Position numbers and translations under genes: made by a program. DNA of 64,000 nt from an uncultured Chloroflexia bacterium (lineage in GTDB: Bacteria; Chloroflexota; Limnocylindria; Limnocylindrales; CSP1-4): assembly GCA_963752475.1 (NCBI GenBank), contig CAVVYR010000008.1:384001-448000 (forward strand), read 5' to 3'. Within the stretch, counting starts at the first letter, position 1, and each line of letters opens with the position of its first letter. This document shows positions 34,438-43,483 of this stretch, piece after piece. The notes beneath the pieces are model-generated. The model had not been told where the DNA came from. It saw only the letters and a program-made list of their open reading frames with translations, and did not search any database.

Positions 34438-34813
34438 GGGGATGCGTGGTCTCGACAGGGCCCGAACCCCGAAGAACGCGAGTCGAGGTTGCCATCGGGC
34501 CTCGTTAATCAGGTGGCAAAACGAAGTAACTGGCAACAACCGCCAGCCTGCTCTCGCCCTCGCGGCCTAAGGCCGTAAGGTGAGTGTGGAAGCAGCCTCC
34601 TCCCCGTGGGCTGTGGAAGCATCATTCAGCGGGGATGCGCTCCGGGTCAGCGTCACGTAGCCCGGAGTCAAGCCCGCAAGGGGACGTGACTGGACCTGAC
34701 GCCACGGTGCCGATGCCGGGACGGCAGGTCGACGACAAACCATCGGCTACGCTCGTAGTGGTCTTCGGCAGAAGGTTCTGGACGGGGAGTTCGACTCTCC
34801 CCCATCTCCACCA
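34438..34813 (+). ncRNA. ssrA: tmRNA; tag (A)GNNRQPALALAA at 34532-34570
   Basis: 5' GGGGATG pairs with 3' CATCTCC-A-CCA (G3:U), T-arm GTTCGACTC, tag ending LAA-stop, -10 TACAAT at 34421-34426. Confidence 0.95.
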
Positions 34814-34828
34814 ACACGCAGTCACAGC

Positions 34829-34857
34829 ACGACCCCGTCAAGCACTGACGGGGTCGT
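34829..34857. terminator. Hairpin between convergent ssrA and khpB
   Basis: ACGACCCCGTCA-AGCAC-TGACGGGGTCGT, 12-bp perfect stem. Confidence 0.75.
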
Positions 34858-34892
34858 CGTCTATCTGTGGGCGCTACGCGCCCGGTGCCGGC

Positions 34893-35834
34893 CTAGGCCT
34901 TGAGCACGACCACCCGGCGCATCGGCTCCTCGCCGATCGACTGCGTGGTGATGCCCTCACGGCCACGCAAGGCGAGGTGCACCCAGCGGCGCTCGAGAGC
35001 CGACATCGGCTCCAGTTGCAGCATCTGGCCGGTCTCGTCGACGCGGTCTGCAGCACGCGTGGCCACCTCCACGAGCTGGCGCTCTCGGCGGCCGCGATAG
35101 TCCTCGACATCGACGAGCACACGGGTCCAGGTGCCCATCTTCCGGCTGAGCATGAGATTGACGAGGTGCTGCAGGGCCGAGAGACGCTCGCCCTTGCGGC
35201 CGATGAGCGCGCCCAGGGCTTCCTTCTCTTCCTCGTCGGCGCCGTAGACGGTGATCTTGGCGGTGGCGCCAGTGGAGACCTCCACGTTGGCGTCGTAGCC
35301 CATCATCTCGACGAGCTGCTCGAGGATCTCCTTGCCGGCCTCGAGCGCCTCCGGCGAGGCCTCGTCGTCGTTAGCGCTGGCCTTGGCGCTGCTCCCGGCG
35401 GCGACGGCGGCTTCCACCTCTGTGGCCGCAGCCTCGCTGACCTTGGAAGCCTCGCGGGAGCGACTGTCACCACGGCTGCGGCGGCGCTCGGCGCCATCAC
35501 CGTCGCGGCCGCGATCGCTGCGGCGACGCGGCTTGGAGTCAGGCGATTGGCGGGGTTCGCGGGGTTCGCGGGGACCGTCGTCGGGGCGCGGGGCCGGCTC
35601 GACGGACGGGGCCGTGGCCTCTGCAGCCTCCTTCTTGGGCGCGGTGCCACCAAGCGCCGAGCGTGGTGCGGCGATGATGCGAGCGGGCTCGGCACCCATG
35701 CCCAGCACGCCTCGGCTGCCCTGGGTCAGGATCTCGAAGTCGAGATCGGAGAGCCCGGACACGCCGAACTCCTCACGCGCGTTCTTCAGGGCCTCCTCGA
35801 CGGTCTTGCCTGTGAACTCCTGGTATTCGCTCAT
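34893..35834 (-). CDS. khpB: Jag/KhpB/EloR RNA-binding protein (Jag_N, KH, R3H)
   Basis: GKTVEEA, LIGRKGE.L.ALQ, PMSA.ERR.VH. Confidence 0.93.
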   Translation of the reverse strand: MSEYQEFTGKTVEEALKNAREEFGVSGLSDLDFEILTQGSRGVLGMGAEPARIIAAPRSALGGTAPKKEAAEATAPSVEPAPRPDDGPREPREPRQSPDSKPRRRSDRGRDGDGAERRRSRGDSRSREASKVSEAAATEVEAAVAAGSSAKASANDDEASPEALEAGKEILEQLVEMMGYDANVEVSTGATAKITVYGADEEEKEALGALIGRKGERLSALQHLVNLMLSRKMGTWTRVLVDVEDYRGRRERQLVEVATRAADRVDETGQMLQLEPMSALERRWVHLALRGREGITTQSIGEEPMRRVVVLKA

Positions 35835-37240
35835 CGTCGTCTCCCTCGGCGGCGGCTACGGCGCCGTGCCGGTCTGATGGTGCCCGCAGCGCTCTCCTTG
35901 GTGGAGCGCTTCTTGGTCGTCTTGGGTTCTCCGTCCTTGTCCGGATCTGGGGCCTTGGGTTCCGGCATGGTCACCGGGAACGGCGCCTGGAAGTCCTTGG
36001 CGATGCCTGGCGTCCAGCCGAACAGCGGGAAGAGCCCGCCGAAGCCGTTGATCAGGAACTGCTGGACGACGCTGAAGACGGAGGTGGTGATCCAGTAGAT
36101 GAAGAGGCCGGCAGGCAGGATCGCGCCGTACACGATCGAGAACAGCGGCAGCAGCAGCATCATGCGGTTGGTGGTGGCGGCGGTGGTGTCGCCCGGGGCC
36201 ACGTTGCGGTTCATCATCATCCGCGACTGGATGAGCTGGAAGAACGCTGAGAACAGTGCCAGCATCGAGAGACCCAGGCCCAACCCGCCGAAGACCATAA
36301 GGAAGATCTCCGGCTCGTTCGAGGGCAGGCCGCCGGGATAGCCGGGGAGCTGCAGTCCGCCGTCGATCTTGGGCAGCCAGGCCAACCAGGGGATGTTGGG
36401 GTTGATGCACGGCTCGTACGGATCGGTCGAGAAGCACTGGACATTGACGACCTCCACCTCGGTGTCGGTGAAGGGGATCTTGATGCTGGTCATGGCGCTG
36501 ATGTCAGGCGCGTTGAGGCCGCGCATGAAGACCTGGTACATGGGCAGCAGCAGGAACAGCTGCACCACCGCCGGCAGGCAGCCCGAGGCCGGGTTCACAC
36601 CGCGATCGCGATAGAGCTTCATCTGCTCTTCGGAGATCTTCTGGCGGTCGCCCTTGTACTTGTTCTGAATGGCACGGAGCTCGGGCTGGAGCATCTGCAT
36701 GCGTCGCTGCGACACGATCTGCGCTCGGAAGACCGGGATGAGCAGGATGCGGATGGCGATCGTCAGCAGGATGATGGCGATGCCGATATCACCGGTGATG
36801 TTGTAGAGGAAGGCGAGACCGATGAAGATCGCCTGGAAGACCGGCGTGAAGAGCCAGGCCAGCAGGTCCAGCGGGTTGCTGCTGGGCTTTGCCGGACACA
36901 GGTTCTCCGGCGGCGCATCGGTGGCGTCCGGATCGGGTGAAGCGTCGGGGTCCTGGGTCGGACGCGGTTCGCATGGGCCGACCTCGGCCTCGTCGGCGGC
37001 GTCAGCTGACGCTTCGGGGTCGAGCGAGGCGATCGGCACCTCGGTGCCCTCTGGGTCCGGGGTCGCTTCGGACCCAGGCGTGGCCTCCGCTGCGGCGGTC
37101 GGTTCGGCCGAGGGGCTGGCGTCCTGACCCACGACCGGGCCGATGATGAGGCTGAACGCGATGAGCGCGATCGCAACTGCGGCCAGAAGGTCGATGAAGG
37201 AGAGGCGGAGGGGCGCGGTCAGCGCGGAGCGGATGTTCAC
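35831..37240 (-). CDS. yidC: Membrane protein insertase YidC
   Basis: G.AII.LT..IR, MQ.LQP, KLY...GVNP..GCLP, PAGL.IYW. Confidence 0.94.
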   Translation of the reverse strand: MNIRSALTAPLRLSFIDLLAAVAIALIAFSLIIGPVVGQDASPSAEPTAAAEATPGSEATPDPEGTEVPIASLDPEASADAADEAEVGPCEPRPTQDPDASPDPDATDAPPENLCPAKPSSNPLDLLAWLFTPVFQAIFIGLAFLYNITGDIGIAIILLTIAIRILLIPVFRAQIVSQRRMQMLQPELRAIQNKYKGDRQKISEEQMKLYRDRGVNPASGCLPAVVQLFLLLPMYQVFMRGLNAPDISAMTSIKIPFTDTEVEVVNVQCFSTDPYEPCINPNIPWLAWLPKIDGGLQLPGYPGGLPSNEPEIFLMVFGGLGLGLSMLALFSAFFQLIQSRMMMNRNVAPGDTTAATTNRMMLLLPLFSIVYGAILPAGLFIYWITTSVFSVVQQFLINGFGGLFPLFGWTPGIAKDFQAPFPVTMPEPKAPDPDKDGEPKTTKKRSTKESAAGTIRPARRRSRRRGRRR

Positions 37241-37470
37241 TATTTCACCGGGTCATAGCCGCCGGGACGCCATGGACCGCAGCTGGCGATGCGCTTGGCA
37301 CCCATCCAGCCGCCCTTCAGCAGCCCGTACTTGTTGATGGCCTGCTCGGTGTACATCGAGCAGGAAGGTTCGTATCGACAGGAACCCGCGAAGAGCGGAG
37401 AGAGCACTTTGCGGTAGCCGTGGATGAATGCGATGCCGACGCGTCTGGGAATGGTCGCGATGCTGCTCAC
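37240..37470 (-). CDS. yidD: Membrane protein insertion efficiency factor
   Basis: SP...CRY.PSCS.Y, G..KG, RI..C.PW..GG.DPV. Confidence 0.95.
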   Translation of the reverse strand: MSSIATIPRRVGIAFIHGYRKVLSPLFAGSCRYEPSCSMYTEQAINKYGLLKGGWMGAKRIASCGPWRPGGYDPVK

Positions 37471-37799
37471 GCCTTCACCGAGTCCCGGACGAGGCCGAGA
37501 AGCCGCTCGAGCGCGGTGCGAAGCTCGTCATACGAGGCGCCGACGGCCGGCGGGCGGGCGACGATGAGGACGTCCCAGCCGTGACCGCTGTGGTTGGGGT
37601 GGCGACGCAGGACCTCACGGAGGCGTCGGCGCACGCGGTTACGCTGGACGGCGCTTCCGAGGCGTCGTCCAGTCGAGATACCGAAGCGGTCGTGATCACG
37701 GCCATTGGGTACGAAGCGGACGACCATGAGTCGGTCCGAGCGAGAGCGGCCCTTCGAGCTGATGCGCTCGAAGTCCTCTCGGGCACGGAGTGTCGGCAC
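37467..37799 (-). CDS. rnpA: RNase P protein component
   Basis: RFGIS..RR.G.AV.RNR.RRRLRE; GTG 37799 with AAGGGGG RBS. Confidence 0.93.
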   Translation of the reverse strand: MPTLRAREDFERISSKGRSRSDRLMVVRFVPNGRDHDRFGISTGRRLGSAVQRNRVRRRLREVLRRHPNHSGHGWDVLIVARPPAVGASYDELRTALERLLGLVRDSVKA

Positions 37800-37824
37800 G
37801 GCCCCCTTCTGGGTCAGCCGGCGA

Positions 37825-37962
37825 TCAGTAGCTGAGCTTCTTGCGGCCACGCGCCCGCCGGGCGGCGAGCACCCTGCGGCCACTTCTGGTCTTCATGCGC
37901 TTACGGAAGCCGTGCTCCTTGGCGCGATGGCGCTTCTTGGGCTGGTACGTTTGCTTCGTCAC
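37825..37962 (-). CDS. rpmH: 50S ribosomal protein L34
   Basis: [39 protein letters not shown]; -10 TATAAT at 38107-38102. Confidence 0.96.
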   Translation of the reverse strand: MTKQTYQPKKRHRAKEHGFRKRMKTRSGRRVLAARRARGRKKLSY

Positions 37963-38140
37963 TGGGGTCTGGGCTCCTTCGGGCAGGCGGTCAGGACCAT
38001 TCTCGTGGACCGGCCTGCCGATGCGGATGTAAGCGATGCGTCCCCTGGTGCGGTAGTCCACTTGTGGACGTTCCGGCGCCTCTGCGCATCGATGTCGAGC
38101 GATTATACGCGAGCCTCCCCGATAACCGAAGGAAATCGAC

Positions 38141-38521
38141 ATGCCCACCGACGGACCACCCAACGAGCCGCACTTCCTGGAGCCGGGCAGCGCCACCATC
38201 GAGGACTTCGACCGGCTCGATCTGCGCGTCGGCCGGATCGTCTCGGCCGCTCCGCTCGAGGGCGCCCGTCGGCCGGCCTATCGGCTCGAGCTCGACTTCG
38301 GCCACGGTGGACGGCGGCAGTCCTCGGCGCAGCTGACGACAAGTTATCCGGATCCCTCGGTGCTGGTCGGCAGGCTGGTGGTGGCGGTGGTCAACTTCCC
38401 GCCCCGACGCGTGGCCGGCCTCCGCAGCGAGGTCCTCGTCCTCGGAGCCCTCGCGCCCGACGGGCGGATCCCGCTGCTCAGAGTCGATCAGGGCGCTGAG
38501 CCCGGCCAGCGGATCGGCTAG
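38141..38521 (+). CDS. csaA: CsaA-type tRNA-binding / secretion chaperone (OB fold)
   Basis: DF..LDLRVG.I, AY.L..DFG, SSAQLT, VNFPP..VAG..SEVLVLG. Confidence 0.9.
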   Translation: MPTDGPPNEPHFLEPGSATIEDFDRLDLRVGRIVSAAPLEGARRPAYRLELDFGHGGRRQSSAQLTTSYPDPSVLVGRLVVAVVNFPPRRVAGLRSEVLVLGALAPDGRIPLLRVDQGAEPGQRIG

Positions 38522-38682
38522 TGCGGGGTCGTCCGGTGCGGTCCAGGAGGGACTCGGACGGACCGATCGCACACCTGGTGGTGCGTTCGGCCACCACCGT
38601 TCCGATGACCGCGGGCTCAGGAGCCGGCCATCCCGAACCGTTCCTGACGCTCGAGCCGGAGCGCAGGCGCGCACGAGGCTGG

Positions 38683-38741
38683 ATACTCCCGGGGAGTATG
38701 TCGGCCCGACGTTGCGTGGTCCCGAAAACCGGTGCTAAGGT
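38683..38741 (+). promoter_or_regulatory. Putative dnaA promoter with upstream palindrome
   Basis: ATACTCCC-G-GGGAGTAT (38683-38699); TTGCGT (38712-38717), 18 bp, TG-c-TAAGGT (38736-38741). Confidence 0.45.
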
Positions 38742-38925
38742 TTGTCGCCCCGGCGCCCGAGAGCGGGAGTCGGGAACCCAAGCTGGAGCCACCGTCGTGA
38801 CGGCCCGAGGGGGGTCGGCCCGGTTCCTCCGATGGGATGTCGATCGCGCCTCTGCCCTGGGTGTCGGGACGTCACTCCGAGAGGGACGCGCTGAGTTGTG
38901 AGTAGTACGGGTCACGTTGCCATCG

Positions 38926-40305
38926 ATGGACGCGAAGCAGGTCTGGAGAGCCGCCCTTGGTGAGCTTCAGGTGTCGCTGTCCCCGGCCAACTACGAGACC
39001 TGGCTGAAGGACACGCAACTCGTCGATGTCGACGGAGACCGCTTCCGCGTCGCTGCCCCCAACGGCTTCGCCAAGGACTGGCTCGAGAATCGATATCGCT
39101 CGCTGATCGCCCAGACCCTGGCTCGCGTCGTCGGCTACAGCGTGAACGTGGAGTTCGAGGTTCGAGAACTCGACCCGGAGGCACCGGTCGAGGTGGAGTC
39201 GCAGGAGGAGGCGGCTCGGCCGGAGAGTCCCAGGGTTCGCCTGGAGCCGGGTCGCGTCGGCGCCACCGAGGGTGGTGGCGTGAACCTCAACTCTCGTTAC
39301 ACCTTCCGCACCTTCATCGTGGGCAGCGCCAACCGTCTGGCCCACGCCGCCAGCCTGTCGGTAGCGGAGCGACCCGGTGAGGCCTACAACCCGCTCTTCC
39401 TGTACGGCGGCGTGGGCCTGGGCAAGACCCACCTGATGCACGCGGTGGGCAATGCCGTGGTCCAGCGCTTCCCGCGCAAGAAGGTCGTCTACGCCACCAG
39501 CGAGAAGTTCACCAACGAGTTCATCACCTCGATCCAGCAGGGCCGCATCGACGATTTCCGCGCCCGCTACCGCCAGATCGACCTGCTGTTGATCGATGAC
39601 ATCCAGTTCATCGCTGACAAGGAGCGCACGCAGGAGGAGTTCTTCCACACCTTCAATGCGATCCACGAGGCAGGCAAGCAGATCGTCCTCTCGAGCGACC
39701 GGCCGCCGAAGCAGATCACCACGCTCGAGGAGCGCCTGCGCAGCCGCTTCGAGTGGGGCCTCATCGCCGACCTCACCGCGCCCGATCTCGAAACCCGCAT
39801 CGCCATCCTGCGCACCAAGTCGGAGGAGCAGGGAGTACGCGTCGACCCGGAGGCGCTGGAGTTCATCGCACGCAAGGTCGTCTCCAACATCCGCGAGCTG
39901 GAGGGCGCCCTCAACCGGATCGTGGCCTACGCCTCGATGCAGGGCATGCCCATCAACATGGATCTGGCCCAGGCTGTGCTCAGCAACGTGCTCTACAGCC
40001 CGCGCAAGCGCGCGGTCACGCCCGAGCGCATCGCCATGGCCGTGTCCGACTACTACGACGTGGAGCTCGAGCAGTTGCGCGGCAAGAAGCGCGATCGGGC
40101 CGTGGTCGTGCCCCGGCAGATCGCGATGTACCTGATGCGCGAGGAGACGGACGTGTCGCTGCTGCGTATCGGTGCCGAGCTGGGCGGCCGCGACCATTCG
40201 ACCGTACTCCACGCCTGCAAGAAGATCGACAAGGAGGTCTCGCGCAACGAGGAGCTTCGCCGTGAGCTGGCGGCCGTGCGCGAAACCATCTACTCGGACT
40301 CCTAG
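38926..40305 (+). CDS. dnaA: Chromosomal replication initiator DnaA
   Basis: [41 protein letters not shown]. Confidence 0.98.
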   Translation: MDAKQVWRAALGELQVSLSPANYETWLKDTQLVDVDGDRFRVAAPNGFAKDWLENRYRSLIAQTLARVVGYSVNVEFEVRELDPEAPVEVESQEEAARPESPRVRLEPGRVGATEGGGVNLNSRYTFRTFIVGSANRLAHAASLSVAERPGEAYNPLFLYGGVGLGKTHLMHAVGNAVVQRFPRKKVVYATSEKFTNEFITSIQQGRIDDFRARYRQIDLLLIDDIQFIADKERTQEEFFHTFNAIHEAGKQIVLSSDRPPKQITTLEERLRSRFEWGLIADLTAPDLETRIAILRTKSEEQGVRVDPEALEFIARKVVSNIRELEGALNRIVAYASMQGMPINMDLAQAVLSNVLYSPRKRAVTPERIAMAVSDYYDVELEQLRGKKRDRAVVVPRQIAMYLMREETDVSLLRIGAELGGRDHSTVLHACKKIDKEVSRNEELRRELAAVRETIYSDS

Positions 40306-40854
40306 GCCCCGCGACGCCATGGCTGCTTCGCCGGGGCGCGAGCGCAAGACGCAGTAGAGCTGGCCACCGAGCGCATCGAGCCTTGGAACGTGGCGTGGTC
40401 CGATCCGACCGGGGGATGGTCGGATCCACGGGATCGGGCTGTCGGGCGTGCCGCAGTGACCGCGGGGATCTCCGGCAGGGTCAGGCCTGCGCGTCCGCCC
40501 TCAGGCACGTCGAGATGGCCCAGGAAGTGCTCCGCGGGCTCCCGGTTCCGGGGCCGCAAGCCGTAGGAAAGCGTGTGGAGAACGACGCACCCCGAGTCGG
40601 TCGCGGCCGGATCGGATGTGGTCTCGAGAGTGGGCTGCCGGGGGTGGTTGGTGGGTATCCACGAGGGTCTTCCACAGTCGGTCGCGGTCCGTGCACATCG
40701 CCCGCGCTGGTAGTCCACAGCTCGCAGCGACCGGCGTAAGCGTGGGTGCAACGCGCGGATGGCTGGTCATCAACACGACCAACACCATGAAGATGATGAT
40801 GAGATGAGAAGATTAGAAAGACCCATGTACATCTCATAGGGAGCTCGATCGCTC
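40306..40854. other. Probable oriC (dnaA-dnaN spacer)
   Basis: Degenerate DnaA boxes TGTGGAGAA 40574, GTATCCACG 40655, TCTTCCACA 40668, TAGTCCACA 40711; NAN-triplet run and A-rich segment 40768-40835. Confidence 0.75.
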
Positions 40855-41976
40855 GTGAAGCTGTCCTTGATGCAGGAGAACCTGGCCCGGGGCCTGTCCC
40901 TTGTCAGTCGCGCCGTCAGCAGTCGTGCGACGCTGCCGGTTCTCGCCAACGTCCTGCTGAAGACCCAGGATGGTGGGCTCCGCCTGACCGCCACCAACCT
41001 CGAGATCGGGATCTCGGTCTGGGTACCTGGCAAGATCGAGACCGACGGCACCATGACCGTGCCCGCGCGGCTCATCACCGACGTCGTCGGTGGCCTGCCC
41101 GCCGGCGAACGCGTCGATCTCGAGATGGAGAGCGACGATACGCTGCTCATCCACGCCGGCAGTTACAAGACCCACCTGCGCGGCATCGACGCCGAGGAGT
41201 TCCCGGTCATTCCCGGTGCCGGCGACCAGCCCACCACCCAGGTCAGCCAGAAGGCTCTCAAGCGGGCGCTCTCCGAGGTGACCTTCGCGGCCGCGGCCGA
41301 TGAGACCCGACCGATCCTCACCGGCGTACTCACGAAGTTCAGCGGTGAGACCCTCACGCTGGCGGCCGCGGACAACTACCGCATCGCGGTCAAGACGCTT
41401 GACCTGATGGTCTCGGTCGAGGAGACCAGCGTGGTCATCCCGGCGCGTTCCTACACTGAACTCATGCGCGTCCTCGGCGATACCGATGACCCGGTCGATA
41501 TCATCCTGGCCCAGGCCAAGAGCCAGGTCATCTTCAAGGTCGACACCACCGAGGTCGTCAGCCGGCTCATCGACGGGCAGTTCCCCAACTACCAATCGGT
41601 CCTGCCGACCTCGCACAGCACCCGCGCCTTGGTCGATCGTGACGAATTGCTCAAGGCTGTGCGCCTGACCGCCCTCATCGCCTCTTCCTCGGCCAACGTC
41701 GTGCGACTCGGTTTCGGCGAGGAGGATCACCCCACGGCCATCGCCGTCAACGCCAAGGCCGATGTCGGCGACGCGGAAGGCCAGGTCGAGGCGGAGCTCG
41801 AGGGCGACCCGGTGACGATCGCTTTCAACGCGCGCTACATGGTCGAGGCGCTGCAGAACATGGAGGCCGAGCAGCTCGCGGTCGAACTCAGTGGTCCGCT
41901 GGCCCCCGGCGTGCTCAAGCCCGTGGACGACCCCGCCTACGTGCACGTGATCATGCCGGTGCGCACGCCCTCCTGA
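40855..41976 (+). CDS. dnaN: DNA polymerase III beta clamp
   Basis: ATNLEI, FP..P, RPILTGV, RLIDG.FPNY, FNARY, IMPVR. Confidence 0.97.
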   Translation: MKLSLMQENLARGLSLVSRAVSSRATLPVLANVLLKTQDGGLRLTATNLEIGISVWVPGKIETDGTMTVPARLITDVVGGLPAGERVDLEMESDDTLLIHAGSYKTHLRGIDAEEFPVIPGAGDQPTTQVSQKALKRALSEVTFAAAADETRPILTGVLTKFSGETLTLAAADNYRIAVKTLDLMVSVEETSVVIPARSYTELMRVLGDTDDPVDIILAQAKSQVIFKVDTTEVVSRLIDGQFPNYQSVLPTSHSTRALVDRDELLKAVRLTALIASSSANVVRLGFGEEDHPTAIAVNAKADVGDAEGQVEAELEGDPVTIAFNARYMVEALQNMEAEQLAVELSGPLAPGVLKPVDDPAYVHVIMPVRTPS

Positions 41977-42005
41977 CCGCGTTGCGCGGCTAGGGCTGCC
42001 CCATA

Positions 42006-43130
42006 ATGCCCGTCCGCACGCTCACGCTCGATGGCTTCCGTAGCTACGAGCACCTCGAGATCGACTTCAGCGACGGTCCCCATGTGGTCGTCGGGCGCAA
42101 CGCTGTTGGCAAGACCAACCTGGTCGAAGCCCTGTTCGTGCTGTCTACCGGTCGCTCGCATCGCAGCAGCGCCGACCCTGAGATGGTCCGCTGGGGCGCG
42201 GACTTCGCGCGCAGCTCGGCGACCGTCGAAGGCGATGGTCGGACCGAGGAGCTGGAGGTCGTGGTCCACGCCAAGAGTGCCGGCAGCGGTGCCCGCAAGC
42301 GCATTCGCGTCAACGGTGTGAACCGCCGGGCGACGGCCCTCCGACAGGTGTTGCGGACGGTCCTCTTCGCGCCCGAAGACATGCTCCTCATCGTGGGCTC
42401 TCCCTCGCTGCGCCGGAACCTGCTCGACGCGCTCGTGGCGCAGCGCGAGCCCACGGCAGCCGCTGTCATGTCCACGTACCAGCGCACGCTCACCCAGCGC
42501 AACTCGCTGTTGCGGCGCATCCGCGAGGACGAGGCCGACCGCGCGGAGCTGCCGTACTGGACGCAGGTCATCCTGGAGAACGGGACTCGCATCCTCGACT
42601 GGCGCCACGAGACCCTCGCGGCCATGGCTGAGCCCCTGGCCGAGGCCCATCGCGAGATCGCGCCCGAGGAGACCGAGCTGCGCCTGCGCTACAGCTCCAA
42701 TGTCGAGCCCCGGGCAGGGGAGTCGAACGAAGGGGCGCTGCGACGCCGGCTGATCGAGACGGCCGAGAAGGAGATCTGGAACGGCGCCACGCTCGTGGGC
42801 CCGCACCGAGACGACTTCGCCTTCGTCTCCGACGGGCGCGAGCTGACCGAGTTCGCCTCACGCGGTCAGCAGCGCACGGCCATCCTGGCCCTCAAGCTGG
42901 CCGAGCTCGATGTGCTCAGCGCGCTTGACGGACGCCCGCCGCTTCTCCTGCTCGACGATGTCTTCAGCGAACTCGATCCTGAGCGCCGCGCGCACCTTGT
43001 ACGCCGCATCGGGGAGCTGCCCCAGACCGTCGTGACCACGACGACGCCGGGCGATCTCGATCCCGCGCTGGTGGCCGCCTCCACGCTCTGGCGGGTCGAG
43101 CCGGGCAGCATCACGCGCGGCAGCGGATGA
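42006..43130 (+). CDS. recF: DNA replication/repair protein RecF
   Basis: GRNAVGKTN, GPHRDD, SRGQQR, LLLDDVFSELD. Confidence 0.96.
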   Translation: MPVRTLTLDGFRSYEHLEIDFSDGPHVVVGRNAVGKTNLVEALFVLSTGRSHRSSADPEMVRWGADFARSSATVEGDGRTEELEVVVHAKSAGSGARKRIRVNGVNRRATALRQVLRTVLFAPEDMLLIVGSPSLRRNLLDALVAQREPTAAAVMSTYQRTLTQRNSLLRRIREDEADRAELPYWTQVILENGTRILDWRHETLAAMAEPLAEAHREIAPEETELRLRYSSNVEPRAGESNEGALRRRLIETAEKEIWNGATLVGPHRDDFAFVSDGRELTEFASRGQQRTAILALKLAELDVLSALDGRPPLLLLDDVFSELDPERRAHLVRRIGELPQTVVTTTTPGDLDPALVAASTLWRVEPGSITRGSG

Positions 43131-43471
43131 ACACGCGCAAACGGCCCGTCCACCGCCTCGCGGACCTGTTGCCCGGCCTGGCCAGTCAGCTGGGGCTCGG
43201 TGAGGAGCTCGACGCAGCCCGCGCCGTGGCTTCATGGACGCGCATCGTGGAGGAGCTGGTGCCAGCGGCCGCCGGCGCCTCCAGACTGTTGGAGACGCGG
43301 CCCCCGAAGCTCATCGTCTCGGCCGACGACGCAGCCACCGGCCAGGAGCTGCGCTTGCGCTCGTCAGAACTGCTCGAGGCCTTCGCCTCGGCTCCCGGCG
43401 GGCTGCGGCTGCTGGAGCTGCAGGTGGTGGTCCGGAGGCCGTCGAGCGGGGAATCGGCGGAGCCGCGCTAG
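43127..43471 (+). CDS. DciA/DUF721 family protein
   Basis: W..IV, L.V..D..A..QEL pattern; directly after recF. Confidence 0.75.
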   Translation: MNTRKRPVHRLADLLPGLASQLGLGEELDAARAVASWTRIVEELVPAAAGASRLLETRPPKLIVSADDAATGQELRLRSSELLEAFASAPGGLRLLELQVVVRRPSSGESAEPR

Positions 43472-43483
43472 ACTAGGCCGCCC

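Noticed and set aside
34800-34900. Integrated element at the tmRNA 3' end
   Set aside because: ssrA is followed directly by a terminator and khpB; no integrase or duplicated 3' end
38054-38071. GTCCAC-TT-GTGGAC palindrome / head-to-head DnaA-box-like pair in the rpmH leader
   Set aside because: Each half has about three mismatches to the box consensus; too weak to call
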